A stretch of 64,000 nt of DNA, from the NCBI GenBank assembly GCA_052426225.1, contig JBNJNM010000008.1:744001-808000 (forward strand). Reading direction: 5' to 3'. Under the pieces are notes generated by a model. That model saw only the letters and a list, made by a program, of their open reading frames with translations, made no database searches and was not told where the DNA came from. The translations under genes were made by a program, and so were the position numbers. Shown piece by piece: positions 1-12,380 of this stretch (position 1 is the first letter of the stretch; the number at the start of each line of letters is the position of its first letter). This stretch comes from Zancudomyces culisetae HAW-14-8 (lineage: Eukaryota; Fungi; Kickxellomycota).

Positions 1-93
1 TTATATATTTCTCAATATATATATATATATTCCAATCAACTGAATGATCAGTCTAGTGGACAGAGTATCTATGAATAGACAAATTGTGAATAC

Positions 94-842
94 CTTATAC
101 AAGTCCTTATAAACTTCAACCAGTTCTTGAACTTTTTCATTGCTATCCACTCCGTTTTCGCTCACTGCATGTTTCTGTTTGTTATTTATTAGATTATTAT
201 TATGTTAAGCTATGATTGGTAACCGTGTTTGTTTCATCGTGTGATAAGTTAAAGAAAGATCGTATGCGATTAACAATGAAAACTCGAATGGTTGCCACTA
301 CAAGTAGGCTGGTATGGTACTAGCGAGAATGCTTACATTAGAGTACGGAAATTCAATGTATTTTTCTAAACCATCGGGAATGTTGAAAATGTTTCGTAGG
401 GCATACAGTTCAAAGTGATCAAATGCATTGTCTACGCTATGTTCTAGCAGAGTTTCCAATTCATGAATAGCCTATATTTGAATTTCAAGCTAAAATGTTA
501 TTTATATTTTTTGTTTCAGAGATAATATTAAGGCAAAAGGTGTACCTTATCCGTTTCTTCGCTTACTCCCAATTGGCTCTCGATACGTGTTTTAAGTTCA
601 TTTGTAAGTTGATATATGGAATCGTTCGCCGAGTTTGTTATTTCGTCAATGAAATTGATTGGGATAAATTCAAAATGCTCTACAACTTTTTCTATGATCG
701 ACTGGTTTGGTGGGTATTTTACCCTGAATTTCTTTTTGGCTTGATCCCTCTGATCAATCCTTCTAAATGAATCACCTATAGTTTGTTCAGGGGAAACCGA
801 ATTTTCACTGATTGTTTGACTATATTCTTCGTGGCCATCCAT
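94..842 (-). CDS. MIS12: Kinetochore Mis12/Mtw1 family protein, 3' partial (exons about 842-546, 471-337, 174-94; the remainder is presumably beyond the window start)
   Basis: Spliced translation gives EHFEFIPINFIDEITNSANDSIY followed by AIHELETLLEHSVDNAFDHFELYALRNIFNIP, matching the Mis12 domain consensus. GT-AG introns keep the frame. First ATG is at 842 (the ORF track start is TTG). Confidence 0.85.
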
Positions 843-1471
843 CTTTTCTTGCTGATATTTCTTATCTTTCCCTTTTTTTTCCAATGGTAAATTCGGGCCA
901 AGATTTTTTATTTAACAGTTACTATATTTTTGCAATATCTTTGTTTTAGAGCTTCATCTTACAAGAAATAAAATAAAATAAAATAAAATGTAGCAGGTTA
1001 AGCAGTTTTTCTTGTTTTCGGCATTTTATCGATTATTTCATTGGATGCTTTTATTGACAATTTTTTTTTGCTGATGTACATAATCCTAAGCCAAATAACC
1101 ACTTAAATGTATAATAAAAAAATTAGCCCATTGCTTGTACAGCATTAGTGATAGACCAGGAAATGGGCCACATTGCGAGTCTATACCTCAACATCGACCA
1201 TGCTTATTGTCTTGGAAGGTTAGACTGTTGGAATCCCCTATCTTTAACATCGGTGGTTGACCTCTTATACCACCCCGTTCAATAAAAGCAATTTTTCCGT
1301 TAGCTTCTTATATGAACAGGTTGCGTGTAACATGTATGTATGCTTTTAAAAAAAACAAAAAAACTCAACTGAATACTTTTACAAAAATACCATAAAGCCA
1401 ATCCTTTGACGCTAAAAGTTCACACGTATAGAAAACTTGGCGTCTATATTATAACAAAAAAATGGTGCTCT

Positions 1472-2706
1472 CTATTTAACAATACTTGCTACCGAGTCTA
1501 GCTCGCCCAGCAGCAACGATTTATCAGAGCTGGCAGAAAGCAAGATAGGCTGCTTTGGATGAAAATCGACTTGATTTACTGTTCCTTTATGGCCAGGAAG
1601 TCTATATACAATCTCTCCTGTTCTCACATTCCAAATATTAATGTATCGATCGGCGCCACCGCAAGCAACCCGAGTTTCATCCTTAGAAAATGCAGGCCTG
1701 ACTAAGTTGGTGCCAAACCCAAGAGGTGCTCCAACAAAAACCCGTTCACATCGAGTAGGGATAGAGCAGAATGGTCTAGTATCCCATAAACGCACTTGTG
1801 AATCCATAGAATTGGAGAGAAGATGATTTCCTGTGGACTCCGCAATACAAAGCCCCGTAACGGTATCAGTATGCCCTTCAAGCGTATACACTAGCGAATT
1901 GTTTCTCGTGTCCCAGGCGCAGATTTTGTTGTCAACAGAGCCTGTATAAAGTATATCTCCTGTAAGCGAATAGCACACTGATGTAACTGGATATTTATAT
2001 TCTATTTCTGAAACGGCGCGCTTTTCTCTTGAATCCCAAACCTATATCCATGTACTCTAAGTGTTAGCCAAAGCCTACTAATTTTCATTTATTCTATTGA
2101 ATCATATTAAGCATTATAAGGATTTTAGCTTCTCATTACCAGAATATAACCATCGTCACTCCCACTGGCTATGATGTCTGCTCCTCCAGAATATCTGCTT
2201 TTTGAAGCAATACTGTTCACTATTCCTGTATGCTCCTTGAATTTCTTTATTGACTGGCCATTCGTTGCATCTGTGATTCCGACTGCTTTGTCCGCGCTTG
2301 CTGAAAATATCCTCTCACCATCAATTGACCATTCGATCTCCAAGATCGCATTGGTATGAGGTCTTAAAATCCCATAGTTCTTACATTCTCCAAACGTGTT
2401 CCATAGTAGAATAGCTCTATCTGTCGAAGAAGAAGCAAGATGTTCTCCTGAGGGACTAAATTTGCATGACAGCACCTCGCCCTCGTGCCCAGTAAGAAGC
2501 ATATTGGGTGCTTGAAGATCCGATGTTCGTTTCACCTGCATCTTGACAGGCTTACCCACCGTCCCTGCCCCTTTACTTAGCGTCATTAATTGACGGTGCT
2601 CATTTTCCCCAGTCCCAGGCTTGCTTAGAATGACCGAAGACATCCTCATACCCTGTGTTGATCCATTGAAATTAGGTTGACTGTTTTCCCCGCCATCGCG
2701 ATTCAT
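1472..2706 (-). CDS. SNRNP40: U5 snRNP 40 kDa WD40 protein (SNRNP40/Spf38/Cwf17); exons 2706-2140, 2041-1472
   Basis: RTSDLQAPNMLLTGHEGEV, LLSNSMDSQVRLWDTRPF and YRLPGHKGTVNQVDFHP motifs; a phase-0 GT-AG intron joins SGSDDGYIL|VWDSR. Confidence 0.93.
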
Positions 2707-3070
2707 TTTCCTCGATTGTAGTTGATTTTATTTAGATCGGGATGTATACCTCTGATTGGGGTCCTGTATCTACACTTTGTCTCTTTATTATCTAGCAATA
2801 CATTTACGCGTGGTTTTTTTCATTTTGTTTATAGTCAAAAAAAAAATTTTATAAAAAAAACACTAATGGTGTGAATTAAAATTATAGGCTGAAATCCGCC
2901 GATACTGGCTATGGTTAGGCGTTTTTTCAAGTGAACAGCTAATAGAATCGGTAGCGTATTTCGATTATACTTGCGGCAAATTTGTGGGCTTGTGCACCAA
3001 AACATGCATATGTATTCATGTATCATGCACGACAGCAATAAATACAAACCCATTTTCCTGTCACATTACA

Positions 3071-3126
3071 AGAGAGTAGAGAGTAGAGAGTAGAAGATAG
3101 CGGGTAAAGGGTAAAGAGTAGAGAGT
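3071..3126 (+). repeat. Degenerate heptamer tandem repeat (AGAGAGT/AAGGGTA)
   Basis: agagagt agagagt agagagt ... gggtaaa gggtaaa gagtagagagt is visible directly. Confidence 0.7.
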
Positions 3127-6100
3127 GGTGGCTACTTAATATCACGCGCTATTTACAGATGCAACTAGACTTTGTTTTTCTGTTACCACCAACACATTAT
3201 AATTTAAATCCCGCACCAAGAAAAAGACAATAAGTTGGTTAAATCAAGAAAACTTGCATGGAACGAGTGTCTTTTGCATACCATGTACTGGATTTATAGC
3301 TACAAAATTCAGTTGTACTGCAACTTTAGGTAATAGCAAGATACTAAAACACACTAACATTTCATTTAAGTCGTACGAAAGTTGATAATCACCCTTATCG
3401 AGTGTATCAAGTCTCTCAAAAAACAACGAGAAAGCAAGCTATACATATTGTAACTTTTTCAGTGATAACACCCACTTTTTGCATAAAACAAATAACATAC
3501 CTCCCCCCAAGACCACAACACAGTTTTTCATTTCCCGGCTGATTCTTGGGTTTTATTCAACATTTGGATGGTTTGAGGCTATCCGCCTTTTATTTGTTTT
3601 TTGAGTGTGATAAAAACTGCAGGCTTTTGTGATTATCATTTAGCAACATTCTTTCCTGCCTTCATGCTGTATCATTTTTCTGTGCTTTTTTTTTTCTTTT
3701 TAGCTAGGCCTTCACCCATGTCATAAGTCCACACGAAAAGGTTATCAAAAATAGGCCAGTTATACATCAGGTATCTAGCCAAAAATTTAGGTAGTATTAT
3801 GCGTTTGTTTCTGGTTTTCATTGTTGCCATTTTTGGTGATTATGGCATTAAATATTCATCTGCTTGATGTTGGTTTTATTTTTTACTGGGTCTTTTTTAA
3901 AATCATTCGGAGCTTATGATTTCCAGCAAGATTGCCCACATAATGATCACCCATTATTTAGTAATCTTTCTTTTTATTTTTTGATAAGAATCTATGTAGT
4001 ATATCTTAGGCTTATCGATTGAGATATCTTTTCATTTGACCGCGTAAAGCGAACAGTAGTTCAAGAACCTATAAAAGCGGTGGTAAAAATTAGTTGTGAC
4101 AATCCCAAAGTCACATACATTTAACTATTGCATATAAAAAGTTGTATTTACATTTACGTTAGTTTGCATTTTTAACTAGCATCATGAGTTTTGGTTTTTT
4201 CATTATTTGGATTTTCCAAGAGTAAGATATACTTGATTGAGTTTAAAATAGTATCACCTGTTGTGGTATACCAACTACTTAGTAAAAATTGCATTTCTAA
4301 TCATGTTATCTAACCGTTGAATAAAAGCAATATTTTTCATATTTTGGTAAATAAGCTTTATATAAAATACAAAGCTCAATATTTTTGTATCTTGAGGTTT
4401 ATAACCGTAGATACAAACGCTACGATATACTATGTTTATTTTCTCCAGACTGTACGCGGTGATGGCGTTCAAATCTCATTCAATTTATGAAAATTGTGCA
4501 GCTAAAACATAAATACTCGCTTACTCAACGTTGTCTAGGTACATGAGAAGTATATTGAGCACTGTACTTGCTCGCAGCACACCTGTTTAAATCGCCAACT
4601 TTTGTGTTCATCTTCGCGAATCTAGTTTATTTGTTTTGTTCTGCTTTATTTTCATTTATTTTAATTCATTTTTTTGAAAGTGGTGTGACACTAATCTTGC
4701 TTACAAAACCACGTGTAACAAATACACAATTATGTGCTTTTTATGCTAACTGGTTATGTGGGCTAGTGAATATCAAAAAATCCCTTCTCTTGCATTAAAA
4801 AATGCACCATGGTGAACAGGCCGCAAGTTTGTGTGCATAAAGCACCATCGAATACATAATAGTACAACTTTTCCCTGTGCTAAAAAAATAAAATAAAATA
4901 AAGCGTTAATTGTAGCTTATATGCAAAACCAAAATTATGCATCTATTGGTGTTCAAGATAGCAAGATGACTTGGTCAGAGAGAGGGTTTAAGTATACCCT
5001 AATCCTGGTAACATATAATTTTTTCGGAAATCCTGATGCTCGCCGGAGTATTTCTGGCACATACCACACTAGACTGAAGCTGAAGAAGCTTCCTTGATAA
5101 ATATGCAAGTGTATTTACCTTGTTGGGTTGAGGTAACACGATGCCTGATTGGTTTTCAATACAAGATCTCCGCCATTGTATTGATTTTGAGAGTGGGGGT
5201 CACGATTTACTTTTACATTTACTTTTTTGTTCATTTTATGGATGTACCGATACACAAGATTTTTAGAATGTTATACATGCTGTAACTCCAAATATCTCGG
5301 ACTTTGCATGTTTTGTGGAGGTATAATAAATATTACGACTCAATACAACTCAAAATTATATACTAACAGTTTTTTTTACATTATATCTTGTGTTTTGCTT
5401 TATTATTGTTGATATGACTAAAGCTTTACTTTTGTTTCGGCCAGAAAAAGTCCATACTCATTAACTGTTAAACATAAAAAGCCAGTTTTGATTTACAAAA
5501 GGGTAACCAAAAGGAAAATGGTATATGTTTAATGGAAGGAATGGTGGGGGTTCGCTGTAGACCTAAAATTTGTATCTTGTAAGCACAATCACCAGAACTT
5601 GGTTGCAAACCAAGAGGCCAGTAGAACAGCATAAAATAAAAACATAGCATCACTGAAATAGATGAATTGAAACGAATGGTTGGTTAGTTAAAACGAAGGC
5701 AAGGTGGTTGTGGAAGTGATTTGCAAAGGAAACCTAAAAGTGGTCCACTAAAAAAAAAATCTCATCCATGAGTGGTATGATGGTCATTATGGTACTAGAA
5801 TTTTTATAGAACCTAAAGCCTCGTTCACTGCGGACGCATTAAGCTTTAGGACAGCATTGATGCATTTTATTTTATTGCGCATTTTTTTGGTGGATTTTTT
5901 TTTGTTGCTTTGAAGCTGTGAAGCAGCAAATGAGAAAAAGGGAGGAGTACCAATAGTAGTCCTCTAGTGCAATATAACCATTCAATATATCCTTCCACTC
6001 TCCCCCAGAAAATTCATGGTGTGAATTCAATTTTTTTGAAATACCTAAATTAGCCGTAGTAAGTTTAGGCATAAAATGTATATGAAAACCGAATATTTAA

Positions 6101-6189
6101 ATGAAGGCACCAGGATATAAAAACTCGTATTAAACGACCTTTTGAAAGGGTATTATCTTGTCTTCAAAACAAAAGATATTTTCTAAAAA

Positions 6190-8804
6190 ATGAGAGACGT
6201 GCAGCACCCGTTATTATTTGAATGTGCCTGGGAAGTCGCCAACAAAGGTATGTATAGTCTACTCTAGCCACCAAGCTACTAGTTTAACTCTGGTAGTGTG
6301 TATTTTTACAATAATATTATTATACCGGTGTATAACAGGTTCTGATGTAATTTTACTGATGGTATTCAACTGAGATATCATACCGCTTTTCCATGTACTT
6401 TTTTCTTTTTTCCTCTTGGCTTACGTTATTTTCTCTTAGGTTTTGTTGTGTTATGTGCTTACAACTATAAGAAAAAAACAAGAAATCAGATTAGGGATTT
6501 GACCAGTGCTAAAATGAGCATATTGGGTGTTAGTATTTGCTTGATTTCAGCTTTATATTGTTATTTTTTTTGTACAAACACTTTTTTTATAAAGAGAAGA
6601 ACGTGGTTTGAAGCGAAGCAAAAATCATTCATTCTAAAACGACGTACTTATAAACTAAATAGTTGGTGGCATACATACAGTCTTGAAAACCAAAGTTCCA
6701 GTTACGGTAAAGGAGTATGGTAGTAGGTACTATCTCATGGGCCCGCTCAACCACAAATCATACAGAGTTGAGGTAGAAGAAATAGATATAAAAAACGCCA
6801 TAATTAAAGAAGCAATTGAAGACATGAGACGTCAGGGAATACATGTTGTACATGGTCGATGGCTTATCGAGGGTGCACCCAACGTTATTTTATTTGACCT
6901 GGGTAGCGCATATTATAAGATTAACGAGTGGAAAAAGGATTTATGGGAGTGTGCTGGTATTCCAACACCGGATTCTGATATCGAGATGAATGACACCGTG
7001 TTGCTTGGATACATGATTCAGTGGTTTTTGACATTGGTAAGTGGGAAGACAGACAAGGCAATAGTTGCGCATTTTCATGAATGGCAGGCGGGACTTGCTG
7101 CGGTATTGATCAAGAAAAAGAAAATAGATGTGGCAACAATATTTACAACACACGCAACTCTGCTCGGTAGATATCTATGTGCTGGAAATTGCGACTTTTA
7201 CAACAATATAAATTACTTTAATATTGATGAAGAGGCAGGAAAAAGAGGAATATATCATAGATATTGCGTTGAAAGAGCAGCAGCACATTGTGCAGACATA
7301 TTCACTACAGTTTCGGATATTACAGCGTATGAGGCTGAACATTTGCTAAAGAGAAGACCCGATGGTGTGTTACCGAATGGACTGAATGTCACAAAGTTTA
7401 GTGCAATGCATGAGTTTCAAAATCTTCATAAGAAGAACAAGATGAAAATTCATGATTTTGTCAGAGGACATTTTTATGGACACATGAATTTTGATTTGGA
7501 TAATACACTGTATTTTTTTACTGCAGGGCGCTACGAATTTATCAACAAAGGAATTGATATGTATATCGAATCACTGGGTGAGCTGAACAAAAGGCTGATT
7601 GCGTGCAACTCGCCTGTTACAGTTGTAGCGTTTATCATCACGCAGGCTAAATGTCGTTCATACACAGTAGAAACTCTTAAAGGCCAAGCTTTGGTAAAAC
7701 AGCTCAAAGAAACTGTCAGCGAGATATCTAAGAAAATTGGAGAGAAGATTTTTGAACATTCATACAGGTACGTGTCACCATTATCTAGCTGTATTTTTCA
7801 CTTTTATTTTATTTTTGAACAAAATTAACCATAAAAATAATTGATACATCAAAAATAGAGGTGATGTCGACAACATGGAAAAAATAATGGACAACGAGGA
7901 TATAATTTTGCTGAAAAGAAGAATATTGTCTTTGAAGAGGGAGAGCTTGCCACCAATAGTCACTCATGAAATGGAGGACGATGCTCGTGATCCAGTACTA
8001 AACAAACTCCGCGAGGTTCAACTCTTCAACAACAGTTCTGACCGTGTTAAAGTTGTTTTCCACCCACAATTTGTTAATGACAGCAACCCAATTCTGGGGA
8101 TGGACTATGAAAACTTTGTACGCGGAACCAATCTCGGCGTGTTTCCCTCATACTATGAGCCCTGGGGATATACACCAGCTGAATGTACGGTGATGGGAGT
8201 TCCATCCGTTACCACAAATCTGAGCGGATTTGGCTGTTTTATTGAAGATAGTGTGGTAAAGCCAGAGGATTATGGTATATACTTGGTGGACAGACGGCTT
8301 AAATCTCCCCGCGAGTCCGTTGACCAAATGGCTGAATATATGTTTAACTTTTGTAGAAAAACCAAACGCCAGCGCACCAACATGAGGAATAGAACAGAAA
8401 GACTTAGTGATATTTTAGACTGGAAACGCATGGGTGTAGAGTATGTGAAGGCTCGTTTATGTGCTTTACGTTCCAAATTCCCAGAATCGTTTGGAGCCGA
8501 TGAAACAGAGTATATTGTTGATCCTACTACAGGAAAGCTATCTCGCCCACTATCGATAATCAATACCCCAACGGAAACAAGTACTTCTCATACTCCTGTG
8601 AGTCAAAGCGATTTGGATTCTCTGTTTGACAAAATAAACATTTCAACAGACCTCCATTCGCTACGAACGCATGAATATGATGATGGCAATGAGGATAATG
8701 AGGATGAAGAGGATTTGAGGCCGCCACTACTCCTTAAAACTGCGTACGACACTGGCATTCATCTTGCTGGTGGAAAAAACGCCAACCTGGAGATTCAAGG
8801 CTAG
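6190..8804 (+). CDS. GSY: Glycogen synthase (GT3); exons 6190-6247, 6663-7767, 7859-8804
   Basis: [10 protein letters not shown]|[45 protein letters not shown] and the Arg cluster [15 protein letters not shown]; both introns keep the frame. Confidence 0.97.
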
Positions 8805-9385
8805 TATGAACCGCGATGATTGCAGTGTATCATAATAACATACCCCTCTTCTCTCCTTTTTTTCTCTTTTTTTTCTCTTTTTTTCCCCTTTTTTTTCTCT
8901 TTTTTCATTATTTTTCAGCTTTTAATTATTTTATGGAGTTTTCTAAATAAAAAGCCCTATTCAATCTGTTTCCAATTATAAGCAGATGCGAAACTGTACA
9001 ATAAAATGGTCAACAACACCCCCACCCTACAAACAGGATGAAATATAGTTTTAATGATTTTACCAGCTTATTATGGATACACCAAGACACTAGTTTTTAG
9101 GGTGGTCTGTTAAAAGCGTGACTTTGTTAAACAGGCCCCTGTTGAGCCCACCGTTTTTGTCTAAAAAAAAAGATGTAATTCCGCTTTTATTTTTTTAAAA
9201 GTATTTTTTCTTTTTGATCATTTTGGATTTACAAAGTACATATATTTTTTTTTAATCAGCATAAAATTTTTTTAATCAATTTGATGAACAAACACAAAAA
9301 AAAACTGAAGTGGTAAAACCTTGATTACATTTTATTGCTGATAGAAAATAGCTAATAGAATTCACAAATATTTAAAAGGCACAAG

Positions 9386-10551
9386 ATGCTAAAAAACGTA
9401 CACAGGCTAGGGCTTGTGAGGAAATATTCAACAACAAGCAAAACTCTGAATCTAGCGATAAAATCAGGATTAGTCCTACAGCGCGATCCGCTAATAACAA
9501 GAGAGCAGGATGCATTCGAAAAGGAATACAATGGTTATGCGGAGTGGCTGAAATACAAGACTAGAATCGGTTTACCTGCGGATTTCTACTTTAAAAAGGG
9601 AAGCACTGCCGAAAAAGAGTACTTTGATAGGCAAGCCGCCTCTGAAGAGCTGAATTATTTTGATTTATCTACCACAAGCAAAAAGAAACAAGATTCGGCT
9701 ACCAAAAAGTCAAACAAAGGCCAAAGTAAACAAACGACTGTAAATGCTGTTTTGGGTGATAGCACAAAAGAAGAAGGCAATGAGATTGTAAATGAGCTGG
9801 GTGGAGGGAAGATGGAACAGGATAGTCAAGAGGTGGCACGTAAAGCCCAGGATCTTGAAATCCAATCCCGAACAACAGCCAGTGATGTGAGCAACGATCT
9901 CAGATCTTTAGAGCGAAAACTTGACCGCACATTGTATCTGCTTGTTAAATACAATGGTAGCAAAGAGAAAGATTGGGTGTTTCCAGAATTCGATTTAGGA
10001 CAGGAAAAGAGCTTGTTCAAGGTTTGTTGAGTTTTTCAACTTTTTATTTACCTTTTCAGTTATATGGTTCTATACGCGCATAAATAAGTAATGTGGATAT
10101 CTCTGGCCAGGACATAAACTCGCACATTAAGCTCTAAGAGGTTTAACATACTCTCTCATCCCTCCCCTATTGGTGACCCAAATGAGCAATCTATAAATAC
10201 TAAAAACGTATTAAAAATTAATTTTAGTGCCTAGTCAACAACGTAAACACCCAATGTGGTGGAAATCTCGACGCTTGGATTGTGGGTAGAGGACCAATTG
10301 GCCACTTTGTAGAAAAAGATAAAAAGGTATTGTGTTTTTATATGGTTATGCTTTATTCTAAACTGTGAAATTTTGCTGATAATTATTTTGTATTTTAGGT
10401 GTTTTTCTTGAAGGCACATTTACTGGCAGGATCTGTCCAGCTCAACAAAAAGGCATTGTCGGATTATGTCTGGATTACCAAGCAGGAGATTCAGGAGCAT
10501 GTAACAGGAGATTACTGGAGCAAAGTCAAGGATATGCTATCTAGTCGCTAG
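9386..10551 (+). CDS. MRPL46: Mitochondrial large-subunit ribosomal protein mL46 (yeast MrpL17); exons 9386-10021, 10228-10326, about 10399-10551
   Basis: Mitochondrial presequence-like N-terminus, RSLERKLDRTLYLLVK...WVFP, and downstream exons DAWIVGRGPIGHF and VFFLKAHLLAG...DYVWITKQEI. Confidence 0.88.
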
Positions 10552-10641
10552 CGAATTAAAAATATTTCCTAATACTTTTCTTTTCCCCAAATACCTTCTT
10601 TTTTTACTATTGCAAATAATATATCGCTTATTAAAATTAAT

Positions 10642-11928
10642 CTACAAAACTTGGTCGAGATTCTCGATGTCAGCATCACCACTACCTTTTGAAACCTTGC
10701 TTATCAACGTTTTTACAACGCAAGCAAAAAAACCTTCAATCAGATAATCAAATTTGCTACCCGTCTGCTTGAAATCGGGATAGGCATTCGCCTCAAGGAA
10801 TATTGCCCTTTGGTTGGAATCCACCAGAAAGTCTAGCCCGAATACTTCAAAACAGTTTTCCCAGGGCTGGAAGCTCGTGGGCTGGCTAAGCACGGCCTTA
10901 AACAAATCCCCAGTCAAATCTTTTATCTGCCTGTAAACGTGCTCTACGTCAATGGCATCTGGGCCTAAATCCCAAAACCTATGAACAAGGCCCTCAGCCT
11001 CGTTTTCTATTTGCTTCACACCGTCTGGCTGAACACAGGTGTTGGTAATATGGGCATGGGTGTCGTTGATATCATTGGTGTTATACTTGTTTGTCGCAAA
11101 GAGTGCCAGCATCTCTCTGTACACATAGACATTCATTCTTCCCATCGCCAGAACATATACACGGATGTGGAATTTTCTTTCTCCATATTTCCGTAATAAA
11201 ATCGGATTGTCCACGTATTTTTGAACTACAAATTCCTTAAGCTGTGATGTAATATTTCCCGCCATCAAGAGACCACCCTGATTTTGCCTTTGTGCTGTTG
11301 TACTTTCCTCCTCCTCCTCCTCCTCCTCCTCGCTCTCTTCGCATTCTTCGTCTTCGGAATCTGAAGCCATGCTAAACTCATTTTCCAATATCTGCTCCAG
11401 GCCTTCGATGCTGTCAAAGATGTGAATTCCCTCGCCCTTGTTTGTAATCGATGGTTTAATGATAAAGCGCTCCTTGTTGCTTTGACCCTCGACCACTCCG
11501 ACTTCTTTGCTTTCATTTTCTTCCAGCTTCATTTTGAGATCGTAGTTGTCAATTAAAACCTCATCCAAATAATCTATATCGTCGAGCTCAAATATCCATG
11601 TAAATGGCGTCCCTGAAATCAAACTGCTGTCCTTGTGTTTGCTGTTATAGTAGTTGATGTTATTTGCCACCTGAACCTTTCTGATCAATCCTTTTCTAAT
11701 ACAATAGGCACAAGAAATGATTTTGCTGTCTCCAGCTCTCTCGCTTTCAAGAATTTTTTCGAACGGCAAGTCTTCGTACTCCACCCAATATACCGTCGTT
11801 TTGCCGTCATTGCTGCTCTCGGTTATATCGTCGATCGTTTCAATGTTGTACTTTACCAAATTCTTTTTGATTGCATCTCTTGTGTACGGCTCGTGTATGT
11901 TTAAAAGTACTCGAAGTTGCTCAGCCAT
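10642..11928 (-). CDS. Tubulin-tyrosine ligase family (ATP-grasp) protein, Pby1/ttl1-like, without a SurE domain
   Basis: IIKPSITNKGEGIHIF, VVQKYVDNP, RKFHIRVYVL, HITNTC and FEVFGLDFLVD...FLEANAYPDFKQTG motifs; ATG at 11928. Confidence 0.92.
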   Translation of the reverse strand: MAEQLRVLLNIHEPYTRDAIKKNLVKYNIETIDDITESSNDGKTTVYWVEYEDLPFEKILESERAGDSKIISCAYCIRKGLIRKVQVANNINYYNSKHKDSSLISGTPFTWIFELDDIDYLDEVLIDNYDLKMKLEENESKEVGVVEGQSNKERFIIKPSITNKGEGIHIFDSIEGLEQILENEFSMASDSEDEECEESEEEEEEEEESTTAQRQNQGGLLMAGNITSQLKEFVVQKYVDNPILLRKYGERKFHIRVYVLAMGRMNVYVYREMLALFATNKYNTNDINDTHAHITNTCVQPDGVKQIENEAEGLVHRFWDLGPDAIDVEHVYRQIKDLTGDLFKAVLSQPTSFQPWENCFEVFGLDFLVDSNQRAIFLEANAYPDFKQTGSKFDYLIEGFFACVVKTLISKVSKGSGDADIENLDQVL

Positions 11929-12380
11929 TTTATCTTTTCTTTTTTTCTTTTGTGTTCGACGCAAATAATATCCTCTATACCACTGATTCAACAAAATATA
12001 TAGCTAGATGCAAGATAAAAAAAGTACCACTGTTTAATTTTTTTTGTAATTATATTCATACAAGTAATGTCATTGCTTTTAATTGTAGATCAAGCTTTAG
12101 TTAGAAAATTTTTTTTAATTGTATCCACAATGAAATAAATCAAAAAAAAGGCAGTAAGATGAACAGTTGGGTTTATAAAACATTAAACTACCATCGCCCA
12201 TGCGCACAGAGATGCATAAACTACTAGCGTTTACCAAAATATAGAGGCCCACCAAAACGCAGAATAAACAAACACCTGCAATAAGCGATAGCAAGCTGGG
12301 ATACAAAAGCAAAAAAAAAGTGTAGATATGTATCTTCACAAGATAACATATTTAAACTTCTAGACATGTAAATATAAATA

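Noticed and set aside
1130-1330. snRNA-like segment with an AATTTTT Sm-like site
   Set aside because: No recognisable U1, U2, U4, U5 or U6 conserved sequence, and the site lacks the terminal G of an Sm site. An Rfam search would be needed.
6322-6395. TPP-riboswitch-like CCGGTG...CTGAGA...ATACCG in glycogen synthase intron 1
   Set aside because: The required 3' half (GAACTTGAT...TAATACC...GCG) is absent, and the host gene is unrelated to thiamine.
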